From NCBI GenBank assembly GCA_017464085.1, contig JAFUEE010000105.1, positions 7,214 to 71,213 on the forward strand: a DNA stretch of 64,000 bases. The letters run 5' to 3'. Positions 18,701 to 27,177 of this stretch are shown here, one piece after another. Below the pieces are notes generated by a model, which made no database searches, had not been told where the DNA came from, and saw only the letters and a list, made by a program, of their open reading frames with translations. Source of the stretch: Pseudomonadota bacterium (GTDB lineage Bacteria; Myxococcota_A; Bradymonadia; UBA4248). How positions within the stretch are numbered: position 1 is the first letter of the stretch; each line of letters opens with the position of its first letter. The position numbers and the translations under genes were made by a program.

Positions 18701-19172
18701 TCAGCGCCCTGTGTATAACAATTACCGCCTGAACAAGCAGGGCCAGTATGGTGCCGGTGTGGTGCCCGATATTACCGGGCGCTTTATTGCCGGCTCGATC
18801 TGCGGTCAGACCGAAGATGGCCGTCACGTCATCAGCGGCAAGCTCTGCAACCGGGGCACGAAGCCTGTTTCGATGAATCTGCCCGCCACATTCTTCTATT
18901 ATGAAGAAGAAGCTCCGGATCATCGCGGCCAGAAGATCTGCACCTCTTACACCAAGTCGAATGTCGGCGTTGGGGAGTGTGCGCAGGTCGGCTGCGAGAT
19001 CACGGCGGATGAGCTCAAGGCGCTTGAAGGCAAGACTGTTCTGATGGTTTCCAACTTGGACGAAAACGGCTATCCGAGCACAGTCGAATGCAATGCCGAC
19101 AACAACATCGATATGACGACAATCGACAAGTGCGCGTCTGAGGAAGATGCGCCGATCGTGATCGTCAACTGA
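15744..19172 (+). CDS. Large secreted Cys-rich protein with FG-GAP/VCBS repeats, paralog 2
   Basis: ATG at 15744 after GAGGAG. Same architecture as 8050-11421: Cys-rich modules, FG-GAP loops DMDGDGLLE, DVDGNGQPE, DFDSDGLPE, DFDGDGQAE, DIDGDGSAE. The C-terminal ~600 aa is nearly collinear with paralog 1. Confidence 0.8.
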   Translation: MNKYFKILLAGVAVSFFGCDDASDEQQKPEEPKYECLNSSECDSGICVEGKCAKYVGLGDACDSVHLCNEPYECVEGACAEHVVDEPEKPECTKDAECDSGKCQADGTCASVPKGNGKEGDSCGDDAPCDFPLTCDGTCKAIECTEEDQGDCPSGTICENDRCEAIVYLKAGEACVADSSVRVCEGELSCIKGVCGEIVKDGTCETASDCTDAETPVCLPSGKCGAVVEPGGFCNEQYVCPEGFVCEIFCKHIRQKGESCDEEAYDFCEESLACKHNVCVAFEYDLPRGAECNDEYKFCEKSLECVEGACAEYVGEDASCNASEHILCKAGLECIKDVCTPVGGGCSKSSDCLEKDSFCCQSDSCGAKNKCVPYNEEITYDEACRFTTKPGIFEAQVQCRWQPPADAYPKSSKVEMPPLVGHFGNKDGLETVVAFFSYFTRASEPTSDQLLGVIRFINPDTCETLESVRYNLMRHGKNWPAAADMDGDGLLEFLTFDASGHILAFKWNATNKRHEKLWQSKVANKGYYINVFDVDGNGQPEVVVGTTVLDGRTGKTIYEGGALGGYNVAIGIFDNDPTGQAMLVSQKDVLKWNKAKKDWTTVATLPSSLAYKAYADFGTPGATAEDFDYTKLDGFPEIVAGGSSKLHLYALVSNGDGTYGVQTLMSVDGFTTGGPITIGDFDSDGLPEIGVASKGLFGVYDPRCKGYEAGKCADKNVLWERWSQDASSGATGSSLFDFDGDGQAEAVYADECFTRVYEGKSGRVLFSAKRSSGTTYEAPVVADIDGDGSAEILMGSDNNKTCADDTGELINPNSPGKSNCVDPIHEGIRCLDDEDCPTGKGCNKEIGLCICTSDADCNTQIAPGKDTILQQYVCAPPIHPEVGIMTNEKAAKARTMKQPIGTRPDGWKKGDYQVCRATRLTKDIGVGDLMIFKDRLDRWVSSRPLWNQHSYNIINIEDNGRTPTPTQWIWNWLLKNPKQTIVGTNYQRPVYNNYRLNKQGQYGAGVVPDITGRFIAGSICGQTEDGRHVISGKLCNRGTKPVSMNLPATFFYYEEEAPDHRGQKICTSYTKSNVGVGECAQVGCEITADELKALEGKTVLMVSNLDENGYPSTVECNADNNIDMTTIDKCASEEDAPIVIVN

Positions 19173-19207
19173 GCAAGTATCCAGTTCATCCATTAAAACA
19201 TGAATCG

Positions 19208-19248
19208 ACGAACGGCTGTGAGAGAGATTTCACAGCCGTTCGTGTTTT
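19208..19248 (+). terminator. Rho-independent terminator after the FG-GAP paralog 2 gene
   Basis: acgaacggctgtga-gagagat-ttcacagccgttcgt gives a 15-bp perfect stem followed by gtttt. Confidence 0.7.
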
Positions 19249-19263
19249 GGCTGTCATATATGT

Positions 19264-19293
19264 TTGGCTAAGCCAAAGAAAATGCAGTATAAT
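19264..19293 (+). promoter_or_regulatory. sigma70-like promoter (TTGGCT-18-TATAAT) upstream of the small lipoprotein gene
   Basis: Consensus-like -10 TATAAT seen directly. Spacing to the -35 is 18 bp. 65 bp upstream of the ATG at 19358. Confidence 0.4.
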
Positions 19294-19357
19294 ATCAATG
19301 TCTTGGACGGTTTTTACCGCTCATTTTTTGATCGCAAGGATTGGAAGGATAGCTCGT

Positions 19358-19603
19358 ATGAAAAAATTATTGTTCGTAGCGGTTGCGGCCGTATGTCTGG
19401 TGGGGTGCAATGAAGTCGTGGATTCCTGTGACGGCCAGGCGGATGGCGTTCCATTTTGTCTTGGTAAAAGCATTGTGACCTGTCAGGCCGGTGCGGTCAG
19501 TTCAGAAAGCGTTTTGTGTGAAAACGGTTGCAAGGATGGCGAATGCGTCAAGGCAGTGGCTGACACGACAGATACGACAAGCGAAACAACACCTGCTGAA
19601 TAA
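19358..19603 (+). CDS. Small Cys-rich secreted lipoprotein
   Basis: MKKLLFVAVAAVCLVGC signal with lipobox. 81 aa with 8 Cys. Shares the C..G....C..G.C module with the other Cys-rich lipoproteins in the window. Confidence 0.55.
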   Translation: MKKLLFVAVAAVCLVGCNEVVDSCDGQADGVPFCLGKSIVTCQAGAVSSESVLCENGCKDGECVKAVADTTDTTSETTPAE

Positions 19604-19702
19604 TAAAAATTGCCTGTGCCAGTGTGTTTGTGAGTGCTGGCGCAGGCCTCAAAAAAGACTCCCGACGACCAGATCGCGCATGATCAGAAAGGAAATACGC
19701 GA

Positions 19703-20170
19703 ATGATCCGAATCTTGTTTGTTTGCCATGGGAATATCTGCCGGAGCCCGATGGCTGAGTTTGTCATGAAGGATATGGTCGAAAAAGCCGGCCTGTCACA
19801 TCTTTTTGAAATCGCTTCGGCAGCCACGAGTACGGAGGAAATCGGCAATCCCGTCTATCCTCCGGTGCGCCGTCTTCTCAATGCTCACCAGATCGACTGC
19901 AGCGGCAAGACCGCTCGTCAGATACGCAAAAGCGACTACAGCGCTTATGATCTGCTCATCGGTATGGATGATGCGAATATCCGGAATATGCAGCGCGCCT
20001 TCGGCGGCGATCCGGAGCGCAAGATTCATCTGTTGCTCGCGTATGGCCGACAGTGCAGAAGCGTCGCCGACCCTTGGTACACGCGTGATTTTGAAGCGAC
20101 GTGGAGCGATGTCTGCGAAGGCTGTCATGGCATTCTGGAAATGCTCAAGGCTCAGGGTAAAATTTTGTAA
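19703..20170 (+). CDS. Low-molecular-weight protein-tyrosine phosphatase (LMW-PTP/ArsC superfamily)
   Basis: P-loop ILFVCHGNICRSPMAE (CX5R). DPWY-like motif ADPWYTRD. ~155 aa. Confidence 0.85.
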   Translation: MIRILFVCHGNICRSPMAEFVMKDMVEKAGLSHLFEIASAATSTEEIGNPVYPPVRRLLNAHQIDCSGKTARQIRKSDYSAYDLLIGMDDANIRNMQRAFGGDPERKIHLLLAYGRQCRSVADPWYTRDFEATWSDVCEGCHGILEMLKAQGKIL

Positions 20171-20267
20171 TCGCGATAGTGATTAACGAAATTTTAATAT
20201 TGGCATTCATATTGCTTATAAACACACTTGTCACATGAAGTGGCCCAACGCCATAATGGAGGTCTCT

Positions 20268-20870
20268 ATGAAATGCTTCAAGCTTAATGCACTTCTCTTT
20301 TCGGCATTCGCCCTGTTCTGTTTTGCTGGCAATGCCAATGCGAAACCGCCGCATCACCACAATCAATCCTCTGCGCATCATCAGGACAAAGACAGATGTG
20401 AGTGCCGTGGAAAACCAGGTTGCAAATGCGATGATCGCAAGCATGGCTCGCATTCAGCGCCTGCCCCCAAGCCTGCGCCCGTGCCGCCGCCTCCCGTGAA
20501 GCCTGCGCCTGTGCCGCCGCCTCCCGTGCATCCCGGGCCTGCGCCCATGCATCCCGGCATGCCCGGCGTTGGCAATGCAGTCGTGGTCATGAACCCGGGG
20601 CATTTTTCATCCCTGATCCGCCAGATTCAGAATGAGCCTTGGACGGGCGACAAGATGAACCTCATCCGCCGTGAAGCGCGTGGCAATTACTTCTCGTGCG
20701 AACAGGTCGCCGCATTGATCAGGCGCATCAATCACGACTCGAACCGCGTTCAGATGGCTGCGGAACTCTATGACCGCACCGTGGACAAGGCGAATTGGAA
20801 TCAGGTCAGGAATGCTCTGGAATATGACAGAAGTCGTCACGAGCTCGACAGGCAGCTTCATCATCGCTGA
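20268..20870 (+). CDS. Secreted His-rich / Pro-rich protein with C-terminal globular domain (hypothetical)
   Basis: Signal MKCFKLNALLFSAFALFCFAGNANA after GGAGG. HHHNQSSAHHQDKDRCECRGKPGCKCDDRKHGSH looks like a possible metal-binding stretch. (APVPPPPV)x2. C-terminal ~100 aa of unknown function. Confidence 0.55.
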   Translation: MKCFKLNALLFSAFALFCFAGNANAKPPHHHNQSSAHHQDKDRCECRGKPGCKCDDRKHGSHSAPAPKPAPVPPPPVKPAPVPPPPVHPGPAPMHPGMPGVGNAVVVMNPGHFSSLIRQIQNEPWTGDKMNLIRREARGNYFSCEQVAALIRRINHDSNRVQMAAELYDRTVDKANWNQVRNALEYDRSRHELDRQLHHR

Positions 20871-21193
20871 TCTTTGATATTCTGAACGCATCGTAGGCCG
20901 CCGGAGCTCAGCTTCGGCGGCTTTAGTTTATGGCTGCAGGAAATATAGCAAATGCAGAGCCTTGTTTGATGCGCTCTGGGCCATTGTATGATGATAATTG
21001 TATCAAATGTGTGGCGTGATAAATGTATGAATGTTGATAATATAGTGGTTGTTTATAATATTATTATATTTGTAAATTATGAATGATGTGTGAGGTTCTG
21101 TATATCAATGATGATATAAATAAAAGAGGCCGTATGCGCAACGCGCATAGGCCGAAACACGCGCGTATCGTCAGATAGCGCGTGCGCATCAAA

Positions 21194-22447
21194 TCATTGT
21201 CTGAAGTAAGTGCCCATGGCTCTTGCGGCAACGTGGCTGCCTTTGATCCACCATTTGTCGGTGTTGACGACGAGCGCGCTGACCGCCAGCGAGCCTTTGG
21301 AATCGTCGCCCCAGCCGATGAACCAGTTAAATGTGTAGAACGGGCGTTTGTTGGAAAGCGTGCCTGTTTTTCCTCCGACACGGACATTTTTGCGCCAGCC
21401 TTTGCGCGCGGCGAACATCTTTCGTGCGGTGCCTTCGCGCGTTGTGTTTTCGCCCATGCGCGCGAGCGTGTCGGCGTTCGCCTGGGACATGGTGACCAGC
21501 CAGGGGCGCGGCTTGGCTTTGTAAACAGACTGCCCGGAGGCGTTGGTGATCTCGTCGATGATTGTCGGGGTCATCATGATGCCGTGATTTTCGATTGCGG
21601 CAGCGATCAGCGCGCCGTGCATGGGGCTGAGGTTGACATGCCAGAAGCCTGCGGCGCTTTTTGCGCGCTCGATGTCGTCGTCCACAAATTCTGCGGTGCT
21701 GACATCTGTGAGGAATTCTGTGGGGATTTCGCGGTTAAAAGCGAACTTGAGCGCGATTTTTTCGAGGTCTTCCTTGCCGAGATGCTGGTAGGCCAGGCGC
21801 GCCATGACGGCGTTGATCGAATGTCCGATTGCCTGCTCGAGGGTTGCGCAAGTGTTGTCAGTCTGCGGATTTCCGCGAACATCCGATTCTGTGAGCATGC
21901 TTGCGCCGCCGGAATAGCAAACGCGCGCCTGGGTGTCGACGCTGCCTTTTTCGAGCAGGGCAGCGGCCGTCACGACTTTGAAGACCGAAGCCGAGGGCGC
22001 GAGCGCTTTCGTCGCGTAATTCTCGACATGCGGTCGGTCGTTGGAAGCAGAGGCGATCGCGAGGATTCGCCCGGTATTCGGCTCGATTGCGACAGCGCCG
22101 CCATGCGGGACTGGATGCTCGTAGAGGCTGTTTTCGATTGTGGCCTGGATTTCGCGGTCAAGCGAGAGGCGCGCGCGGCGGCCATCTGGCAGCGCGACAT
22201 AGGCTGTATTGCCTTCCCAGGTGATATCCTTGAGATCGAAGCGCACGCCGGAATCGATATGCGTGGAAGTGCCCTGCGGCTCTGGTGCGGTCTCGGGGGC
22301 TTCTGCATATGCGAGCGTGCGGGGCAGGAACTTGTCCTGACGTTCAAGAATACCTGTCGTCTGGCAGATGGCCCAGGCTGTGACGATCGACAAGAATGCG
22401 ATTGCCGTGATCCATTTTCTCTGTGTGGCGTGAGTGATTCTGCGCAT
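21194..22447 (-). CDS. Penicillin-binding protein, transpeptidase domain (class-B-like, short N-terminus)
   Basis: SxxK (SVFK), SxN (SIN), KTG(T) motifs in order. N-terminal TM anchor. Start ATG at 22447 after AGGAGG. The upstream part of track ORF 21194..22714 is unlikely to be translated. Confidence 0.8.
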   Translation of the reverse strand: MRRITHATQRKWITAIAFLSIVTAWAICQTTGILERQDKFLPRTLAYAEAPETAPEPQGTSTHIDSGVRFDLKDITWEGNTAYVALPDGRRARLSLDREIQATIENSLYEHPVPHGGAVAIEPNTGRILAIASASNDRPHVENYATKALAPSASVFKVVTAAALLEKGSVDTQARVCYSGGASMLTESDVRGNPQTDNTCATLEQAIGHSINAVMARLAYQHLGKEDLEKIALKFAFNREIPTEFLTDVSTAEFVDDDIERAKSAAGFWHVNLSPMHGALIAAAIENHGIMMTPTIIDEITNASGQSVYKAKPRPWLVTMSQANADTLARMGENTTREGTARKMFAARKGWRKNVRVGGKTGTLSNKRPFYTFNWFIGWGDDSKGSLAVSALVVNTDKWWIKGSHVAARAMGTYFRQ

Positions 22448-22740
22448 GCAACCTCCTGGGGAGCGCTTTTGTCGGGCAGGAAAATTAAGCCAGATCGCCA
22501 TTATGGGCAAATTTATGGGGACGCGTGCGTGCGCGCTGCGCGCGCTATGCCCGCGTGCTCGGCTATGTACTCGCGGCCTGACGGCCGCTGCGTGCATACG
22601 CCTCGCTTGTTTGCGGATGCTGGCCGAAAGGAAATGCGCGCAAATGCGCGAAAAAAAAAGCCGCGCTCCTTTGGGGATGACGCGGCTGATGCACGGGGTG
22701 AGCCGCGCATTCAAGGGGAATGGCGGCTTTGAGAGAAGCG

Positions 22741-24285
22741 CTATTTCTTGACCTGGGCGTTTGCGGGCGCTGCTGCGGCAGGTTTCGCGGCGTTTGCGGG
22801 CGCTGCTGCGGCAGGTTTCGCGGCGTTTGCGGGCGCTGCAGCGGCAGGGTTCGCGGCGTCAGCTTTGGGGGTGGAGGGCTGTGCGGCGGCTTTGGCGTTT
22901 GCCAGCCGTTTTTCAAGCAGAGCGCTCGAATAGTTCGCGAGCTCCCCTAAGTTGGGCACCTGCATGCCCCAGCTTGTGACATCGGTCTTGTCGTTGGCAA
23001 AGCTTGCGAGCAGCTGGACATCGCTGTCTGTGCCGAGCGTGGAGAGGCAGGCCATAGAGAGCATGCGCGACATCGTCGAGCCTTTGGCCGCGAGCTGTCT
23101 GAAGACATCGAGCGGGACCTGGTTGTTCAGGTTCTGCGGGAGGTGGGCGCAATAGACGCGCAGAGAGTTCCAGAATGTGAGCGACGGCTGTTCAAGGATT
23201 GCGGGATGATCCGCAGGAATCTTGAGCAGTTCATAGTCGGACGGCAGGGACTGGATGAGTGTTGCGAAGTTTTCGCGACCTTTTTCGATGGTGAGCAGTT
23301 CGAGGCAGTCCCAGCGGAGATACCCCGTGCGGTCTGACTGTAGAAGCGTCGTGCAGATTTCAACGCCGGCCTTCTTCTGAACCTTGCGATAGTATGTCGC
23401 CATCATGACGTCTTTATAATAATTGAGCGTCGGATTATTGTAATCGGGATCCTTGATGATGCGTTCCGCGACAGGCAGAAGTTTTTCCGAGGTGTTTGTG
23501 GAAAACGGCAGGACGAGAGCGCGCGGCATGTTCGGATATTTTTCGTTGATGCGCGTGATGAAGAGCTGTGCGACCATATCGTGCGCGCCCGGGAGCTTGA
23601 GCGCTTCGAGCCCAGCGAGCGTGTTGGAGAGCTTTGTGGTGATGCGGTCGCTCGGTCGCGTGATGACTTTGTATTTTTTGCCTTCCGCGATGAGCTCTTT
23701 TTCCTTGGCAGCTTCTTTTTCGAGTGCTTCGTCAAGCTCTTTGAGGACTTTTTCGATTGCTTTTTTGTAGAGGGGGATTGATTCAGTCCCGAGAAGTTCG
23801 AAGAGTCTCTGCTGTTCGACGCGTCCTGCTTTTTCGATTGAGAGGAAGAAATTGTCGCTGTCGAGCCATCGGCGGATGAGGTCCATCAGTCCGGCGCGGT
23901 TGTCATCATTCACTTCGAGCGTGAGGATGTAGTAAGCGGCGTCCTTGACGCGTGTTTCCATGGCCGGGGTCTGTTCGATGAGGGCGTTCATGCGCTGGAT
24001 GACGCCGGCGACCACCCGGTCGAGCTCATCGGTTTTCAGCGAGCCGAGCGCCTGAGGGATTTCAACGCAATTACCGCGTTCGGTGAGGACCATGATGGCT
24101 TCGATTTTTGAATCGAGGCCGATGCGTGGGTTCTGAACGAATTCCTGCATCTTGACGGGGGCGCGTTTGTCCCGTATCCAGGCGCGGATACCCTCAGGGT
24201 CTGTGGGGGAGCAGGCCGCCGTTGCATAGGCGATGAGCAGGAGGCAAAGGCAGAGAAGCGGTCGGATGAAGTTATGGCGGATCAT
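22741..24285 (-). CDS. Lipoprotein (hypothetical) with C-terminal PAAAAPANAAK x3 repeat
   Basis: Internal Met gives signal LLCLCLLLIAYATAAC (lipobox). C-terminus is encoded by 33-bp tandem repeats at ~22757-22860. No recognised catalytic motif. Confidence 0.55.
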   Translation of the reverse strand: MIRHNFIRPLLCLCLLLIAYATAACSPTDPEGIRAWIRDKRAPVKMQEFVQNPRIGLDSKIEAIMVLTERGNCVEIPQALGSLKTDELDRVVAGVIQRMNALIEQTPAMETRVKDAAYYILTLEVNDDNRAGLMDLIRRWLDSDNFFLSIEKAGRVEQQRLFELLGTESIPLYKKAIEKVLKELDEALEKEAAKEKELIAEGKKYKVITRPSDRITTKLSNTLAGLEALKLPGAHDMVAQLFITRINEKYPNMPRALVLPFSTNTSEKLLPVAERIIKDPDYNNPTLNYYKDVMMATYYRKVQKKAGVEICTTLLQSDRTGYLRWDCLELLTIEKGRENFATLIQSLPSDYELLKIPADHPAILEQPSLTFWNSLRVYCAHLPQNLNNQVPLDVFRQLAAKGSTMSRMLSMACLSTLGTDSDVQLLASFANDKTDVTSWGMQVPNLGELANYSSALLEKRLANAKAAAQPSTPKADAANPAAAAPANAAKPAAAAPANAAKPAAAAPANAQVKK

Positions 24286-24292
24286 GAGTGTA

Positions 24293-26815
24293 TTAATTCC
24301 TTTTTTTCGGTTTTGCCTTTGTTTCAGCGGAAGCGTTGTTTTGGACGCTCTCGGCATCATCAGTGCCTGCCTGAAGGGCGGCGTTTTTTACCGAGGATTT
24401 TGGGGTAAATAAAACATTTTTTGGCAGGTTTGCGGGATCGAGGACACATCTTTTTTTGAAGACGAAGTTGAAGACGTCCTTGTAATGATCGACGAAGAAG
24501 AAGGTGAGTTCTTCTTTGATATGTGCAGCGAGTTCATCGACATCGCGTCTGTTTTTGGAACACATGACGAGCGTTCTTGCGCCTGCGCGTTTGGCGGCAA
24601 TGACTTTTTCCTTGATGCCGCCGACGGGGAGGACATTCCCGGTGAGTGTGATTTCGCCGGTCATTGCGAGGCGTTCGGGGATGGGCTGTCCGAGGAGCAG
24701 GGAGAGGATGCTCGTGGTGATGGTGATGCCGGCGCTCGGGCCGTCCTTGGGGATTGCGCCTGCCGGGAAGTGGACGTGGAAGTCGAATTTTGGGAACATG
24801 TCTTCGGTGACATGAAAGATATTCATGTTCGCGCGGATGAAGCTGAAAGCGATCTGTACGGATTCGCTCATGACTTCGCCGAGCTGTCCAGTGAGTTTGA
24901 GCTGTCCGACGCCCGGCATTTTGGTCGTCTCGATGAAGAGGATTTCGCCCCCGAATTGAGTCCATGCAAGGCCGACAGCGACGCCTGGCTGTAGGCCGCG
25001 GCTGATGACTTCGTCGGTATAGATCGGGGAGCCGAGGAAATCGGAGACATTGTCCTGCGTGATTTTTGTGACGGGATCCTGTCCGCTGGCGATGCGCTTG
25101 GCATTTTTGCGGCAGACCTTGGCGATCATGCGTTCGAGTTCGCGGACGCCGGCTTCGCGCGTGTAGCTGCGGATGACTTTCTTGAGGCCGGTGGGGGTGA
25201 ACTGCATCTGTTCGGCGGTCATGCCGTGCTCGGCGATTTCTTTGGGGACGATATGTCTGCGTGCGATCTGGAATTTCTCTTCGTCGATATAGCCGGAGAG
25301 CTCGATGATTTCCATGCGGTCGAGCAGCGGCCTTGGGATCGTGGAGGCATCGTTTGCCGTCGCGATGAACATGACATCGGAGAGGTCGAAGGACACGTCG
25401 AGGTAGTGGTCGTTAAAGGCCATATTCTGGGACGGGTCGAGGACTTCGAGCATGGCGCTGGAGGGATCGCCGTGCCAGTCGCTTCCGAGCTTGTCGATTT
25501 CATCGAGGACGAAGACGGGGTTTCGGACGCCGACGCGCTTGAGCCCCTGGATGATCTTGCCGGGCATTGCGCCGACATAGGTCCTGCGATGACCTCGGAT
25601 CTCGGCTTCGTCTTTGAGTCCGCCGAGAGAGAAGCCGAAGAATTTGCGTTTGAGCGCGCGGTTGATGGAGCGCGCGAGGCTGGTCTTTCCGACGCCCGGA
25701 GGGCCGAGGAAGCAGATGATCTGCCCTTGATGATCAGGCTTGAGCTTGCGCACGGCGAGGAATTCGAGGATGCGCTGCTTGATGTCGTCGAGACCGAAGT
25801 GATCCTGTTCGAGGACTTTTTCGGCGTATTTGAGGTCGAGGACATCTTCTGTAGTCTTTTTCCACGGGAGGTCGCAGAGCCAGTCGAGGTAGGTGCGGAT
25901 GATGTTTGTCTCGCTTGATTCCGGCGTGAGGACGCTCAGCCGCTTGAGTTCTTCCTGTGCTTTAGCTTCTGCTTCTTCGCTCATGCCGGAGGCGGCGATG
26001 CGTTCTTTGTAATTCTGGACGCTCAGGGCGATTTCGTCTTTTTCGTCTCCGAGTTCTTTCCGGATGGCGCGCAGCTGTTCGCGGAGGAAGAATTCGCGCT
26101 GGCTGGCTTCGATGCGCTCGCGGATGGTGTCGTGAATTTTCTGCCCGAGCGCCGCGAGGTCGAGTTCCTTGACGAGGATTTCGTAAGCGGCGGCGAGGCG
26201 TTTTTCGACGTCGAGTTCGGCGAGCATCTCCTGGCGTTTGAGATTTGGGACGTCGAAGTGCGAGGCGATCATGTCGGCGATTTTAGAGGGGTCGTCGATG
26301 GCGGTCATGCTGGAGAGCAGTTCTCTGGGCATATTGACCTGTTCCATTTCGGAGAGCTTTGTGAGCGCGCTCTGAATGTTCCGGCAGTAGGCCTTTGTCT
26401 GTTCATTTTCGACGTATTTGTCCTCCAGGTATTCGACTTCGGCGATGAGCCGGTCGCTTTTGAGGAAGGAGACGGCGCGCATTCTGCTGATGCTGTGAAT
26501 GAGCATCGTGAAGGAGCCGTCGGGCATACGTCCCATGCGTATGATGCGAGCGACGCAGCCGACTTTTGAGAGCTTGTCGGCAGTGAGGGTCGTCGGGTCA
26601 TCGCCTTCGCCCCAGAGGAAGCCCAGGTAATCGCTGTGTGTCTTGGCGCGTTTGACGAGCTCGAGCATGGGGCCGGGCGTGACGACGATCGGCATCATGA
26701 CGTCCGGGAAGATGACGTTTTCTGTCTGCGGGAAGATAAAGAGTTTTTCCGGAAGGTCATCTGGAATGGTGTTTTTCACGGATTCAAGAAGATCGTCTAA
26801 GATGTTGTCGCTCAC
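24293..26815 (-). CDS. lon: ATP-dependent Lon protease
   Basis: 840 aa. N-terminal LON domain, Walker [10 protein letters not shown], Walker B VLDEIDK, catalytic-Ser region [10 protein letters not shown]. Confidence 0.95.
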   Translation of the reverse strand: MSDNILDDLLESVKNTIPDDLPEKLFIFPQTENVIFPDVMMPIVVTPGPMLELVKRAKTHSDYLGFLWGEGDDPTTLTADKLSKVGCVARIIRMGRMPDGSFTMLIHSISRMRAVSFLKSDRLIAEVEYLEDKYVENEQTKAYCRNIQSALTKLSEMEQVNMPRELLSSMTAIDDPSKIADMIASHFDVPNLKRQEMLAELDVEKRLAAAYEILVKELDLAALGQKIHDTIRERIEASQREFFLREQLRAIRKELGDEKDEIALSVQNYKERIAASGMSEEAEAKAQEELKRLSVLTPESSETNIIRTYLDWLCDLPWKKTTEDVLDLKYAEKVLEQDHFGLDDIKQRILEFLAVRKLKPDHQGQIICFLGPPGVGKTSLARSINRALKRKFFGFSLGGLKDEAEIRGHRRTYVGAMPGKIIQGLKRVGVRNPVFVLDEIDKLGSDWHGDPSSAMLEVLDPSQNMAFNDHYLDVSFDLSDVMFIATANDASTIPRPLLDRMEIIELSGYIDEEKFQIARRHIVPKEIAEHGMTAEQMQFTPTGLKKVIRSYTREAGVRELERMIAKVCRKNAKRIASGQDPVTKITQDNVSDFLGSPIYTDEVISRGLQPGVAVGLAWTQFGGEILFIETTKMPGVGQLKLTGQLGEVMSESVQIAFSFIRANMNIFHVTEDMFPKFDFHVHFPAGAIPKDGPSAGITITTSILSLLLGQPIPERLAMTGEITLTGNVLPVGGIKEKVIAAKRAGARTLVMCSKNRRDVDELAAHIKEELTFFFVDHYKDVFNFVFKKRCVLDPANLPKNVLFTPKSSVKNAALQAGTDDAESVQNNASAETKAKPKKRN

Positions 26816-27177
26816 TTGTTCCTCCTGGTCGCGAATGAAATTCTGGCATCTAAGCGAATGCCATCCGCGTCAGCATATCACATTTTAAGGTGTATAGAGA
26901 AATGGTTTGTGTATGGGATGCCGGGGGAAAGTGGGGCGGCGCGTATCGCCGGAGGCGAAAGCGTCCGCCAGGCCGGCGTATGCCGCAGGCATAGCCGGCG
27001 GAAAGCGATGAGAAAGGGGGGGGATTGTGCGGGGAATGAGAAAAATAAAGTTGCGCGCTTGCGTAATGTGTCTGAAATTATTATAATGTTGCGCCATAAT
27101 TTTATGGCCGTCCTGGTCGGGGGAGGGCGGCCTCTGGATATTGGGTCATAGCGAACATTTTAATATTGAGGACACAC

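Noticed and set aside
21182-22732. 516-aa plus-strand ORF overlapping the PBP gene
   Set aside because: Antisense to a gene with unambiguous SxxK/SxN/KTG motifs. The translation has no motifs and an Arg/Gly/Asp-rich composition.
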